In this document: piece by piece, positions 15,246-23,962 of the stretch
Layout of the letters: each line of letters begins with the position of its first letter
Position numbering within the stretch: the first letter of the stretch is position 1
From: an uncultured Erysipelotrichaceae bacterium
GTDB taxonomy: Bacteria > Bacillota_I > Bacilli_A > Erysipelotrichales > Erysipelotrichaceae
Direction: 5' to 3'
Assembly (NCBI GenBank): GCA_942493105.1
Contig: OW818668.1
Coordinates: forward strand, 240,001-272,000
Length of the DNA stretch: 32,000 nucleotides
Program-made: the position numbers and the translations under genes
The notes under the pieces: generated by a model
Database searches by the model: none
The model's input: the letters and a program-made list of their open reading frames with translations, nothing else
Told to the model about the DNA's origin: nothing

Positions 15246-15806
15246 TTATTTTGTAAGCGAGAAACCACCAGTCCATCCAATCTTTTCACGAATAGCCAGA
15301 GTTATTTGTAAGAAACCCAATGCTTCTAGTTCACGAGCACGTTTTAAAGATCCAGCATCAACAACAACCAAACCACTTCCATCTAAAGCAGAGGTAAGTG
15401 TAGCTTTTGCTTCTTCATCACTAGAGGCCAGTAAAACACTTGTCTCACCATCTCCGGCTAGAGTAGAAGCGAAATTCGTATTAAATGCTTTAATGACTTT
15501 TGCTGTTAAAACAGTGTTTGCAATCACTTCGCTGGCTGAACTGTCTGCAGAAACAAGCAGACCATCCATGGTAGCGAAATTTACAGGATTTGTAATATCT
15601 ACGATAATCTTACCTTCTAATTCTTTCTTATTTGCTTCAAGGATTGATGCTACTGCGCCATATGGAACAGCCAAAACAACGATATCCCCCAAGACTCCAA
15701 CTTCGTCTTTGGATCCTAACAGTGACACTGTGTTTCCAGCTTTCGTAAAACGTTCAGCGATGACTTTAGCCATATTGCCTTTCCCAAAGATTGTAATTTT
15801 TTTCAT
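15246..15806 (-). CDS. NAD(P)-binding oxidoreductase (NADPH-dependent F420 reductase NpdG-like fold)
   Basis: 186 aa. N-terminal Rossmann motif KITIFGKGNMAKVIA. The size and pattern match small NpdG/ProC-like reductases that are often paired with HxlR regulators. Confidence 0.75.
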   Translation of the reverse strand: MKKITIFGKGNMAKVIAERFTKAGNTVSLLGSKDEVGVLGDIVVLAVPYGAVASILEANKKELEGKIIVDITNPVNFATMDGLLVSADSSASEVIANTVLTAKVIKAFNTNFASTLAGDGETSVLLASSDEEAKATLTSALDGSGLVVVDAGSLKRARELEALGFLQITLAIREKIGWTGGFSLTK

Positions 15807-15905
15807 ATTTTATTCCTTCTTTCTTTGATGCTTGTGTTTTTATGTGCATCTGCTATAATTATATCAGTACTATTACATATGTATAGTATGCACTTTTTTG
15901 TTATA

Positions 15906-15925
15906 TAGTATCTTTATAGATACTA
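15906..15925. promoter_or_regulatory. perfect 8-4-8 palindrome, candidate HxlR operator
   Basis: TAGTATCT-TTAT-AGATACTA, in the divergent intergenic region between 15246..15806 and the HxlR gene. Confidence 0.6.
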
Positions 15926-15950
15926 TATATTTGTGCCAAAGGAGAATATT

Positions 15951-16280
15951 GTGGAAATGACACATATTATTGAATGTCCAGTTGAAGTGACATTAAGTCT
16001 ATTATCAAGTAAATGGAAGATTTTGATTATCCGTGAATTGTTGACAGGAACAAAGCGTTTCAGTCAAATCAAACGCACATTGCCTGGTGTGACTCAAAAA
16101 ATGCTTACCCAAAGCTTAAGGGGACTAGAGGAAGATGGCTTGATCGACCGAAAAGTTTACCCTGTTGTACCACCTAAAGTAGAGTACAGTTTATCAAAAT
16201 TAGGATGGGATTTAGCCCCGGTTATAGATACGATGAGAAAATTTGGCACTCATTATCAAAGTATCGAAAAACGTTCATAA
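15951..16280 (+). CDS. HxlR-family (winged-helix) transcriptional regulator
   Basis: CPVEVTLSLLSSKWKILIIRELL..RFSQIKRTLPGVTQKMLTQSLRGLEEDGLI is the typical HxlR signature. Start is GTG 15951 (6 nt after AAGGAGAA) or ATG 15957. Confidence 0.85.
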   Translation: MEMTHIIECPVEVTLSLLSSKWKILIIRELLTGTKRFSQIKRTLPGVTQKMLTQSLRGLEEDGLIDRKVYPVVPPKVEYSLSKLGWDLAPVIDTMRKFGTHYQSIEKRS

Positions 16281-16538
16281 CAAAATTATCTCATCTTGAT
16301 AAATTTTCGAAATTCGATTATTCATTCTTCTATTAAAGGGGATTTTATACTTGTTTATTACGATTCTAGATAAATCAATCAATATCCATTACACTTCGGT
16401 GCGATCAAATTGTACTCTATGATAACTAGTCAAAGAACTGTTGTTTTTCTCATCACAGCACATGACATATTGTCATCCTTTTGTACTGATACGACTTTAA
16501 CATCGTGACTCACCAAAAGTCGACCTATTCCATAATCT

Positions 16539-16706
16539 TTACTTCTGATTTTCTGAGAGTTTAACCAATGTGTAGCACAAGTAATTTATACCCATAAAGA
16601 CTATTGAACCACCCATAACTTCTGGGATTGGCATAATCCAACCTGTAATAAACACACTCACAAACCATACCGCAAAACCAATTAGAAACACTTTAATTGC
16701 TTTCAT
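16539..16706 (-). CDS. small (55 aa) two-TM membrane peptide
   Basis: Start at ATG 16706 (GGGGGA, 7 nt spacing), giving MKAIKVFLIGFAVWFVSVFITGW.... Short, so uncertain. Confidence 0.45.
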   Translation of the reverse strand: MKAIKVFLIGFAVWFVSVFITGWIMPIPEVMGGSIVFMGINYLCYTLVKLSENQK

Positions 16707-16806
16707 AATCATATCCCCCTGTTCATTCAAATTGTACCGTTTATCCTCCATGTTTACTATACAAAAAATCACTTTTATTCGCTTTTTTTAATTCGTTTTT
16801 TATAAA

Positions 16807-16897
16807 TCCGTTACACTTTTGTTACACTTGGACAAAGTGACCTGCAAAAAAGCCTTATAGAATAAGGCTTCGTGAAGTCATGGTGCCATCACCGAGA
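16807..16897. repeat. 91-nt direct repeat DR3, overlapping the 3' end of the intact tRNA-Thr (att-like)
   Basis: Identical by eye to DR1 and DR2. Positions 16881-16897 are the last 17 nt of the tRNA. GTTACACTTTTGTTACAC at 16810-16827. Confidence 0.9.
16845..16870 (-). terminator. Rho-independent terminator downstream of tRNA-Thr
   Basis: Minus strand reads AAGCCTTAT-tct-ATAAGGCTT followed by TTTTTT. Copies inside DR1 (about 5708-5733) and DR2 (about 11069-11094). Confidence 0.7.
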
Positions 16898-16954
16898 ATC
16901 GAACTCAGAACTGAGCATTACCATTGCTCCGTTTTACCACTGAACTATGATGGC
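16881..16954 (-). tRNA. tRNA-Thr (anticodon GGU), CCA encoded
   Basis: Minus strand reads GCCATCATAGTTCAGTGGTAAAACGGAGCAATGGTAATGCTCAGTTCTGAGTTCGATTCTCGGTGATGGCACCA. 7-bp acceptor stem, anticodon stem GAGCA/TGCTC with loop AT-GGT-AA, T-loop TTCGATT. Confidence 0.9.
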
Positions 16955-17001
16955 GTCGCCTAAATATAATAACTAAATTCAGGCAATTATGCAAGTATTA
17001 A

Positions 17002-17688
17002 TCACTGTAATTCTTGCTGAGGGTTTGAGGCTAAATATAATGCATATTCTGTTTGGATCTTATACATGGAAACCAAGAATAAGATCTTAAAAATGACAAA
17101 TGTTACTAAAAGACCAAACATAAGGATTGCCCATAAAATCAACATCCCCATGACCGGCATAAAGAAATTCAAAACTAAATCCATGATTTCTTTAGAATTA
17201 CCAGTGCCTGTTACTTCTTGAATTTGTTTAGACCAAACCGCGAATTCAGACCAAGGCAACGATGAAAGTGTCAAAATAAACATTATGATACTGACTGAAA
17301 CCATTGACCCAATCAAGATATAGGTCATTCTCCATCTTTTAAATAACTTAATGGGTTGTTTCTTATCTATCAATTTATCTGTATAGACTTGAATGCCTTT
17401 GATGAGACTGACAAAAACAATGATATCGATGATGAATGCTACAAAATTAAACAATCCACTAATCCCTGCTCTTGAAGCTGAGAAGATAAAAAATGCCCCA
17501 TTGAGTCCCATCAAAACATATAGTAAATTCTTTGTTTTATTGAAATAAGGATTCTCTTTGTCTACCTTTGCGATCCCCAAAGAAATAAGATAATAAGCAC
17601 CTATCGCCAACAGTGCTCCTATTTGAACTCTATCGGTTCCTAGAAACCTAAATGCCAACAACAGAAATCCATAAAAGATCAACTCCAT
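17002..17688 (-). CDS. polytopic membrane protein of unknown function
   Basis: 228 aa with RBS AAAGGGAGAA. At least six hydrophobic helices. Confidence 0.7.
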   Translation of the reverse strand: MELIFYGFLLLAFRFLGTDRVQIGALLAIGAYYLISLGIAKVDKENPYFNKTKNLLYVLMGLNGAFFIFSASRAGISGLFNFVAFIIDIIVFVSLIKGIQVYTDKLIDKKQPIKLFKRWRMTYILIGSMVSVSIIMFILTLSSLPWSEFAVWSKQIQEVTGTGNSKEIMDLVLNFFMPVMGMLILWAILMFGLLVTFVIFKILFLVSMYKIQTEYALYLASNPQQELQ

Positions 17689-17736
17689 ATTATTCTCCCT
17701 TTCGTCGTTAGACTTTCTTTTTAAACAACACTTCTC

Positions 17737-18306
17737 TTAACTTCCACCATCCATCAATCGTAAACGACGGCTGACTTCCGCAATCGGTAGACCCATGATC
17801 GTATAATAATCTCCAGATATCGATTTGATAAACAAAGTCCCTCTGTCTTGGATCCCATAAGCCCCTGCTTTATCCATGGGTAGTTTTGAAGCGACATAGC
17901 TTTTGATCATGGCTTCAGTAAGTGGATAGAATGTTACTTTTGCGATGGAATGAAAGACAACTTTTTGTTTGTCACTGATCATACAGACCCCAGTGATGAC
18001 TTTATGTGTTTGTCCTGATAATAACTCTAACATACGAATCGCATCTTCATCATCTTGTGGTTTACCTAAGACGACATCATCAACGACAACGACTGTATCT
18101 GAACCAATGACGATGGCGTGCGGATGACGTTGAAATACATCTTGTGCTTTATCGATGGCTATTTTTTCAATGGCTTTAGCTAAAGGTAAAGAAGGATCCA
18201 GTTCTTCTTCGATTTGTGGATTCTCCGAACTAAAAGGCAGATTCAGTAACAGCATTAATTCTCTTCTGCGTGGGCTTTGACTAGCCAAGACGATTGATTT
18301 TAACAT
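17737..18306 (-). CDS. maf: Maf-like nucleoside triphosphate pyrophosphatase
   Basis: Start moved to ATG 18306 (GGGGAG RBS). Motifs ASQSPRRRELM, GSDTVV and DKAGAYGIQ. Confidence 0.9.
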   Translation of the reverse strand: MLKSIVLASQSPRRRELMLLLNLPFSSENPQIEEELDPSLPLAKAIEKIAIDKAQDVFQRHPHAIVIGSDTVVVVDDVVLGKPQDDEDAIRMLELLSGQTHKVITGVCMISDKQKVVFHSIAKVTFYPLTEAMIKSYVASKLPMDKAGAYGIQDRGTLFIKSISGDYYTIMGLPIAEVSRRLRLMDGGS

Positions 18307-18368
18307 ATTGTTTCTCCCCTTGAAAACAGAAGCATTATAACATGAGTTTTTCATGAAAAAAAGGGTTC

Positions 18369-18965
18369 TTAGAACAAACCCTCTTCTAGTATTTTCATGA
18401 CTTCATCGACTGCGTGATCAACATCTTGACGGTCACTAAACATGACCCAATTCAGTCCGATAAAATTTGAGATTCCCATCAACATATACGCCACCACTTC
18501 CGGATCATAATCTTTCATCTGACCGATCCCAATGGCCTCTTCGATATGATGGGCATAATTCTTCGCAAAATCCGTATAATACTCTACAAATAATCGCTTA
18601 TCGATGTATAAGGATTCCCAGATGATGTTGTACATGCTTTTGTGTTCACTGATGAATTCCAAGAAAGATCTAAGACCAATACGCTCAGCATCTTTACGAT
18701 TGGTTACATTGGACTCTTTGATGCGTAAGGCAATGTGCATACGGATCTCATGAGAATAGCTCACCAAGAGATATTTATAGATGTTGATCTTATCAGAGAA
18801 GTAAATATAAAACGTACCAGGCGCTACTTTCGCTCTAGAGGTGATATCGTTGATCGAGGTGGCATAATACCCTTGTTTATAAAACAATTGCTCAGCGGCT
18901 TTGCAGAGGCGATCAAGAGTAGCTTGACCTCGTTTGGTCTTAGGTTGATTTACAAAACGGTTCAT
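18369..18965 (-). CDS. TetR/AcrR-family transcriptional regulator
   Basis: 198 aa. N-terminal HTH YYATSINDITSRAKVAPGTFYIYFSDK. Confidence 0.85.
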   Translation of the reverse strand: MNRFVNQPKTKRGQATLDRLCKAAEQLFYKQGYYATSINDITSRAKVAPGTFYIYFSDKINIYKYLLVSYSHEIRMHIALRIKESNVTNRKDAERIGLRSFLEFISEHKSMYNIIWESLYIDKRLFVEYYTDFAKNYAHHIEEAIGIGQMKDYDPEVVAYMLMGISNFIGLNWVMFSDRQDVDHAVDEVMKILEEGLF

Positions 18966-18987
18966 AGATTTTCCATGTTTTGATATA

Positions 18988-19800
18988 TTATATCACATCT
19001 TCAAGTTTGGTATTGTTGGTAAAACCTAAGACCAAGGAACTAAATAAGATGGGTTTCTCATACATCAACGCATGACCTGAATCGGGAACATAGACCAATT
19101 GAGCTTGTGGAATTTCCTTGGCAATAAATTGTTGATTTGCGAAAGGTGTGATGATGTCTTGTTCACAGCCTACGACCAAGGTAGGACACTTGATTTCTTG
19201 AAGACGAGCTCTTTCATCTAAGTCATTGGCACTGTTGGTCAGTCGAATCATCGCTTGAATGAAAACCGGATTCGCAAAAACCGTCAGTAGCATTTCTTTG
19301 CGTCTGTTCATCCACTCAATGTGTTTCTCATAAAACTTTTGCGAGTAAATAACAGGAATCGTTGTGGAATAATAGGCTGCAGGATCACTGGCTGCTTTGT
19401 TCCAAGCACTGCCAATTTCTTGTAGCCATGAAGATGTATGTGAAGTCGTATTAAACAGCAACAATCTTTCAACAAGCTCGGGATATGCAATGGTCAACTT
19501 AATGGCCACTTCTCCACCATATGAAATCCCAAAGACTGCTAAGTCTTTAAAATCTTGAGCTTTAATAAAATGAGCCAGCATTTCAACTTGGATGTCTTGG
19601 TTGTAGGTTTGTCCATCTAATTTAGATGACTTGCCTTGATCCAAAAGATCGATCAAGATCAAGCAATTGTCTTTAGAGAATGCCTCAATAAAAGGTTTCC
19701 AACTTAAGGTCGACATCATGATCCCGTTTAAGATCAGGATCGGTTTTCCAGTCCCATAGGTTTCATAATAAACTGTATGGTTTTGATACGTGAATTCCAT
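18988..19800 (-). CDS. alpha/beta hydrolase
   Basis: 270 aa. Nucleophile elbow GISYGG, C-terminal DSGHA. Start overlaps the upstream stop (TAATG). Confidence 0.85.
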   Translation of the reverse strand: MEFTYQNHTVYYETYGTGKPILILNGIMMSTLSWKPFIEAFSKDNCLILIDLLDQGKSSKLDGQTYNQDIQVEMLAHFIKAQDFKDLAVFGISYGGEVAIKLTIAYPELVERLLLFNTTSHTSSWLQEIGSAWNKAASDPAAYYSTTIPVIYSQKFYEKHIEWMNRRKEMLLTVFANPVFIQAMIRLTNSANDLDERARLQEIKCPTLVVGCEQDIITPFANQQFIAKEIPQAQLVYVPDSGHALMYEKPILFSSLVLGFTNNTKLEDVI

Positions 19801-21104
19801 TAGATGATGCCTAGTTCTTTGGCTTGGCGATAGAGTTCTTCTCTGAACTTCGGATGTGCGATCGCAATGATCCGATCGACGCGTTCATTCACATTGGTTC
19901 CCTTTAATGCAGCAACGCCATATTCGGTGACGAGATGATCAACGTCATTGCGGGATAAAGAAACAATGGCGCCTGGTTTTAAGAAAGGAACGATTTTGGA
20001 TTGTTCAGTGCGTTCACCGGTGATTGGATCTTTGATCATGGCGGTTGAATATAAGGCAATAAATGATTTCCCATTTTTAGATTTTTGAGCACCGGTGGCA
20101 GTATCTGATTGACCACCTGTCCCACTAAATTGCATCGTCCCAATGGATTCCGAAGCACATTGACCTGTTAAATCGACTTCTAAAGTTGTATTGATGGAGA
20201 CCATATTATCGTTTAAACCAATGATATGAGGATCATTGACATACGCACCATTGAGAATATTGACGGCTGGATTATGATCTAGGAATTCATAAAGCTCGGC
20301 TGTCCCCATCGCAAAGGTACAAATCATCTTGCCTTTTTGCATTTGTTTCTTTTTGCCGGTAATAACACCCATTTTCGCAAGCTTCATAAGGCCTGTCGTC
20401 ATCATCTCAGTATGAACACCTAAATCTTTTTTATGGGTCAAAGAAGCAGCTACCGCATTGGGAATACCACCAATACCTAATTGTAGACAAGACCCATCTT
20501 GAATATGTTCAGCGATGAATTTTCCGATCATTTCATCTTTTTCATTAAAATCACCTTCTGGTAATACAGGGGGCATATAGTTGGATTCAATCAAATAATC
20601 GACTTCATTAAGACTCAGTTCAAGATCACCATAGGTATAAGGAAAGTTTGGATTGATCTCTAATATGACAATATCCGCATCTTCAATGACCTGTTTTTCA
20701 TAGGTATTGCTTAAAGATAAAGAAACATATCCGTGTTTATCTGGCATTGAGGCAGATCCAACATAAATATTGGTATGAACATGAGCCAATCTTTTGGTTC
20801 CGGCCAAATGTAAATGATTGGGGATGAATGAACAGTTCCCGTTCTTATGTGCTTTGCGTAAGGTTGGTGAATAAAACCACCCATCGATATGAAAAGAATC
20901 TTTATATTCACCAGTCAAAAATTGTTGATCCGACATGGGTAGACAGTTGGTGACAGTGACCTTGGTTACATCTTGAGCAATCGTGTGTAAGGCCGATAAA
21001 AAATCGCGTCCTTCAGCACCTGCCATTCCAGTCACGATCATGTCTCCGCTTTTAACAAGTTTAACGGCATCTTGAGCACTGATTATTTTATGTGAATAGT
21101 CCAT
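19800..21104 (-). CDS. acetyl-CoA hydrolase/transferase family protein (4-hydroxybutyrate CoA-transferase-like)
   Basis: 434 aa with RBS AGGAGG. Family-typical GMAGAEG, LGIGGIPNAV and SGTGGQSD segments. Confidence 0.85.
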   Translation of the reverse strand: MDYSHKIISAQDAVKLVKSGDMIVTGMAGAEGRDFLSALHTIAQDVTKVTVTNCLPMSDQQFLTGEYKDSFHIDGWFYSPTLRKAHKNGNCSFIPNHLHLAGTKRLAHVHTNIYVGSASMPDKHGYVSLSLSNTYEKQVIEDADIVILEINPNFPYTYGDLELSLNEVDYLIESNYMPPVLPEGDFNEKDEMIGKFIAEHIQDGSCLQLGIGGIPNAVAASLTHKKDLGVHTEMMTTGLMKLAKMGVITGKKKQMQKGKMICTFAMGTAELYEFLDHNPAVNILNGAYVNDPHIIGLNDNMVSINTTLEVDLTGQCASESIGTMQFSGTGGQSDTATGAQKSKNGKSFIALYSTAMIKDPITGERTEQSKIVPFLKPGAIVSLSRNDVDHLVTEYGVAALKGTNVNERVDRIIAIAHPKFREELYRQAKELGII

Positions 21105-21125
21105 AGGGCCTCCTAGAGATAAATA

Positions 21126-21148
21126 CAGGGGAGGAAGAACCTCCCCTG
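21126..21148 (-). terminator. intra-operon hairpin after the binding-protein gene (attenuator/terminator)
   Basis: CAGGGGAGG-5 nt-CCTCCCCTG, followed on the minus strand by TATTTAT. The U-tract is weak. Confidence 0.45.
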
Positions 21149-21163
21149 TTTATGATACATCAA

Positions 21164-22399
21164 TTATTTTAAAATGGATTCAATGGATTCTAAATCTTTA
21201 ACGTTGGTCCAGATTCCAGCATATAAGTTGGTTTCTGCATTCAAAGCACCGAGTGAAGCTTTGGAAAGATTCATTTCCATGGTACCTAAACGTTGACCGT
21301 TTTTGAAGTCGATGACGCCACCAAAAGGATTGACGATTGGAGCGGATTCCATAGCGACTCTGAAGTTATCCCAGTTGAGGGTCTTCTTGTCTACGCGTTT
21401 TAAGCCTTCTACGAAGTAATAAGCAGCGATCCAACCTGTAATGGCATAAGCATTAGCAGCATATTGGGCATCGATGTTGGCAACGTATAAGTCTAATGCT
21501 GCTTTGTGTGCAGCATCGAAAGCGACCCAGCCGTTTCCATAGACATCAAATTTGCCTTGGATTTCATTGATGAATAAACTTGCATAAGCAGGTGCTACGT
21601 TGACATAAGTCGTAATAACATCTTTGTTGACGGATTGAGCAGCCAATTCTTTAATGATGGTTGCGATCGTAACTTGATTGGAAGCTGCGATGATGAAGTC
21701 AACTTCAGCATTCTTAATCGCTGTAACAGCGGCTGATACATCGGTTGAACCATAAGCAACTTGTTGTTCAATTAAGGTAACGCCTGTCAAAGCAGCAACT
21801 TGAGTCTTAGCTCCAGCCAACAAATCTTTACCAGCATCATCATTGGTATAGATGATCCCGATCTTCTTAGCATTGAAATCCCCTACTGCACGAGCAACCA
21901 TGATTCTGCCTTCAGTCTTATAAATCGGCTGAACTGGGAATAGATTATAGTTGCCTTCTTCTTCAGTGGCTTTTTCATCATACAATTGGCCAATACCTGT
22001 TGCGAAATAAACAGCAGGAACGCCAGTTTCTTTCAACAAGTTCATGGTAGCACCGACTGTCGGTGTTCCGAAATGTCCAACGAGTGCAAATACTTTGTTA
22101 TCATTGATCATTTCTTGTGTACAAGCTAAGCCTGCTTCAGCGACGAAGCCGTCATCTTTATGCACGAATTTGATTTTACGTCCAGCAACACCACCGGCAT
22201 CATTGACGTATTTCAGATAGGCTTCCAAACCTGCAACGAACGGTCCGCCGACGTTGGCAAGGTTTCCGGAAGTAGCGGCACAGTTACCGATCAACACTTC
22301 TGTTTTGGTAACCCCTTGAGATACAACTTCTTTTTTGCAGGATGTTAAACTTAAGGTCAACATCAATGCAGACAACACAACAACTAAAATCTTCTTCAT
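21164..22399 (-). CDS. ABC transporter substrate-binding lipoprotein (Liv/type I PBP family)
   Basis: Start moved to ATG 22399 (AAGGAGGAAAG). Lipobox LTLSLTSC. Leu/Ile/Val-binding-protein-like sequence pattern. Confidence 0.85.
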   Translation of the reverse strand: MKKILVVVLSALMLTLSLTSCKKEVVSQGVTKTEVLIGNCAATSGNLANVGGPFVAGLEAYLKYVNDAGGVAGRKIKFVHKDDGFVAEAGLACTQEMINDNKVFALVGHFGTPTVGATMNLLKETGVPAVYFATGIGQLYDEKATEEEGNYNLFPVQPIYKTEGRIMVARAVGDFNAKKIGIIYTNDDAGKDLLAGAKTQVAALTGVTLIEQQVAYGSTDVSAAVTAIKNAEVDFIIAASNQVTIATIIKELAAQSVNKDVITTYVNVAPAYASLFINEIQGKFDVYGNGWVAFDAAHKAALDLYVANIDAQYAANAYAITGWIAAYYFVEGLKRVDKKTLNWDNFRVAMESAPIVNPFGGVIDFKNGQRLGTMEMNLSKASLGALNAETNLYAGIWTNVKDLESIESILK

Positions 22400-22431
22400 T
22401 CTTTCCTCCTTATAATAATGTTTGAGCATTA

Positions 22432-23160
22432 TTAGCCTTGTTTGTGTGATCCTAAGTAAGCTTGAATTAATTTTGGATCATGAATTAATTCAGAGGCGGG
22501 ACCCTGCATCGTCAGGTTACCGACTTCTAAGACATAGGCATAATCTGCAATTTTCAGTGTTTGGGCGGCATTTTGTTCAACGATGATGACTGTAGTACCT
22601 TCTTCACTGATTTCTTTAACGATTTTCATGATGCTTTGTACGATGAGTGGGGCTAAACCCAGTGATGGTTCATCTAGCAGTAAGACTTTAGGACTGCTCA
22701 TCAAGGCTCTGCCGATGGCCAACATTTGTTGTTCACCCCCAGATAAAGTGGATGAAACTTGATTTTTGCGCTCTTTTAGAACAGGGAAGTAACCATAGAC
22801 TCGTTCGAAATTGGCTTTGATTTGCTTCCTGTTTTTCACTGTAAATGCACCGACTCTTAAATTTTCTTCAACAGTCAGATCTTTAAAGACTTGACGTCCT
22901 TCTGGACTTTGAGCGATCCCCAATCGGGCAATCTGTTCAACATCCAGTTTGTGAATGGGTTTCCCAAAGAATTCGATGGTGCCTGAAGCAGCTTCAACCA
23001 AACCCGAAATGGTTCTTAAGGTCGTTGATTTACCGGCTCCATTGGCTCCAAGCAAGGCTACGATGGTTCCTTCATTGGCATACAGATCGATGCCTTTGAT
23101 GGCTTCTATGGCGCCATAGCGAACTTTTAAACCGGTTATTTTTAAGGCAACGGTTTTCAT
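22432..23160 (-). CDS. ABC transporter ATP-binding protein (LivF-like)
   Basis: Walker A GANGAGKST, signature LSGGEQQ, Walker B LLLDEPS. Confidence 0.9.
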   Translation of the reverse strand: MKTVALKITGLKVRYGAIEAIKGIDLYANEGTIVALLGANGAGKSTTLRTISGLVEAASGTIEFFGKPIHKLDVEQIARLGIAQSPEGRQVFKDLTVEENLRVGAFTVKNRKQIKANFERVYGYFPVLKERKNQVSSTLSGGEQQMLAIGRALMSSPKVLLLDEPSLGLAPLIVQSIMKIVKEISEEGTTVIIVEQNAAQTLKIADYAYVLEVGNLTMQGPASELIHDPKLIQAYLGSHKQG

Positions 23161-23960
23161 AATGGATTCTCCGTTCCTAGGTAGGCAGACTGTACTGCAG
23201 GGCTCTTTTGAATTTGACCTGGAGTTCCTATCGCTAAGAATTTCCCAAAGTTGATGGCACAGATTCGATCACATACATCCATGACAAGACGCATGTCATG
23301 TTCAACCAGTAAGATCGAACAGTGGTAGCGCTCACGTATGGTACGAATGACTTTCGCAAAGTCTAATGTCTCTAAATCATTAAGGCCGGCTGCCGGTTCA
23401 TCCAAGATGATCAACTTTGGTTTACACATTAAGGATCTAGCCAATTCTATTTTCTTGAGGATGCCATAAGGTTGTCCATACACCAGCCAATCCTTGCGAT
23501 CAACGATCCCTAAGAAAGTCAGGATCTCGATGGCTTCTTGGCGATACAATGCTTCTTCAGCTTTACTCTTTTTTGTATTAAAAGCTTGACTTATAAAACT
23601 AGTTTTAAAATCAATGTGTCCACCAATCATGACGTTATCCAATATAGATAATTCTTTGATCAGTTCAACATTTTGGAAAGTACGAACCAAACCATATCCT
23701 ATGACTTCATGAACTTTATGCGTGGTCAATTCAATGGTCTTTCCTTGTTTAGATTTGAAACGGATTGAGCCATGATTGGGTTTGTAGAACTGCGTAATAC
23801 AATTAAATACGGTGGTTTTACCTGCTCCATTTGGACCAATGAGTCCAAAGATTTCACCTTCTTCAACATCAAACGATAAATGATCAACGGCCTTGATGCC
23901 TCCAAATGAGATGGAGAGGTCTTGGATACTCAAGACTGTTTTGTTTTGAAGTTCATCCAT
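23157..23960 (-). CDS. ABC transporter ATP-binding protein (LivG-like)
   Basis: Walker [10 protein letters not shown], Walker [10 protein letters not shown], LivG-type C-terminal extension. 4-nt overlap with the downstream gene. Confidence 0.9.
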   Translation of the reverse strand: MDELQNKTVLSIQDLSISFGGIKAVDHLSFDVEEGEIFGLIGPNGAGKTTVFNCITQFYKPNHGSIRFKSKQGKTIELTTHKVHEVIGYGLVRTFQNVELIKELSILDNVMIGGHIDFKTSFISQAFNTKKSKAEEALYRQEAIEILTFLGIVDRKDWLVYGQPYGILKKIELARSLMCKPKLIILDEPAAGLNDLETLDFAKVIRTIRERYHCSILLVEHDMRLVMDVCDRICAINFGKFLAIGTPGQIQKSPAVQSAYLGTENPL

Positions 23961-23962
23961 GG

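Larger units (their letters stand above)
11122..16897 (-). mobile_element. island X: ~5.8-kb integrase-less redox/electrophile-response island between DR2 and the tRNA
   Basis: Flanked by DR2 and DR3. It has a homologous arm region next to DR2 but different cargo: 2 MerR, 2 AKR, flavodoxin, a reductase and HxlR. Confidence 0.55.

Noticed and set aside
16281-16538. A possible fourth, decayed att/arm remnant (ATTACACTTCGG at about 16389-16400 and TTACGATT at about 16359-16366)
   Set aside because: Only short partial matches to the GTTACAC arm repeats are present. There is no tRNA fragment and no adjacent conserved blocks, so it is indistinguishable from chance in AT-rich DNA.
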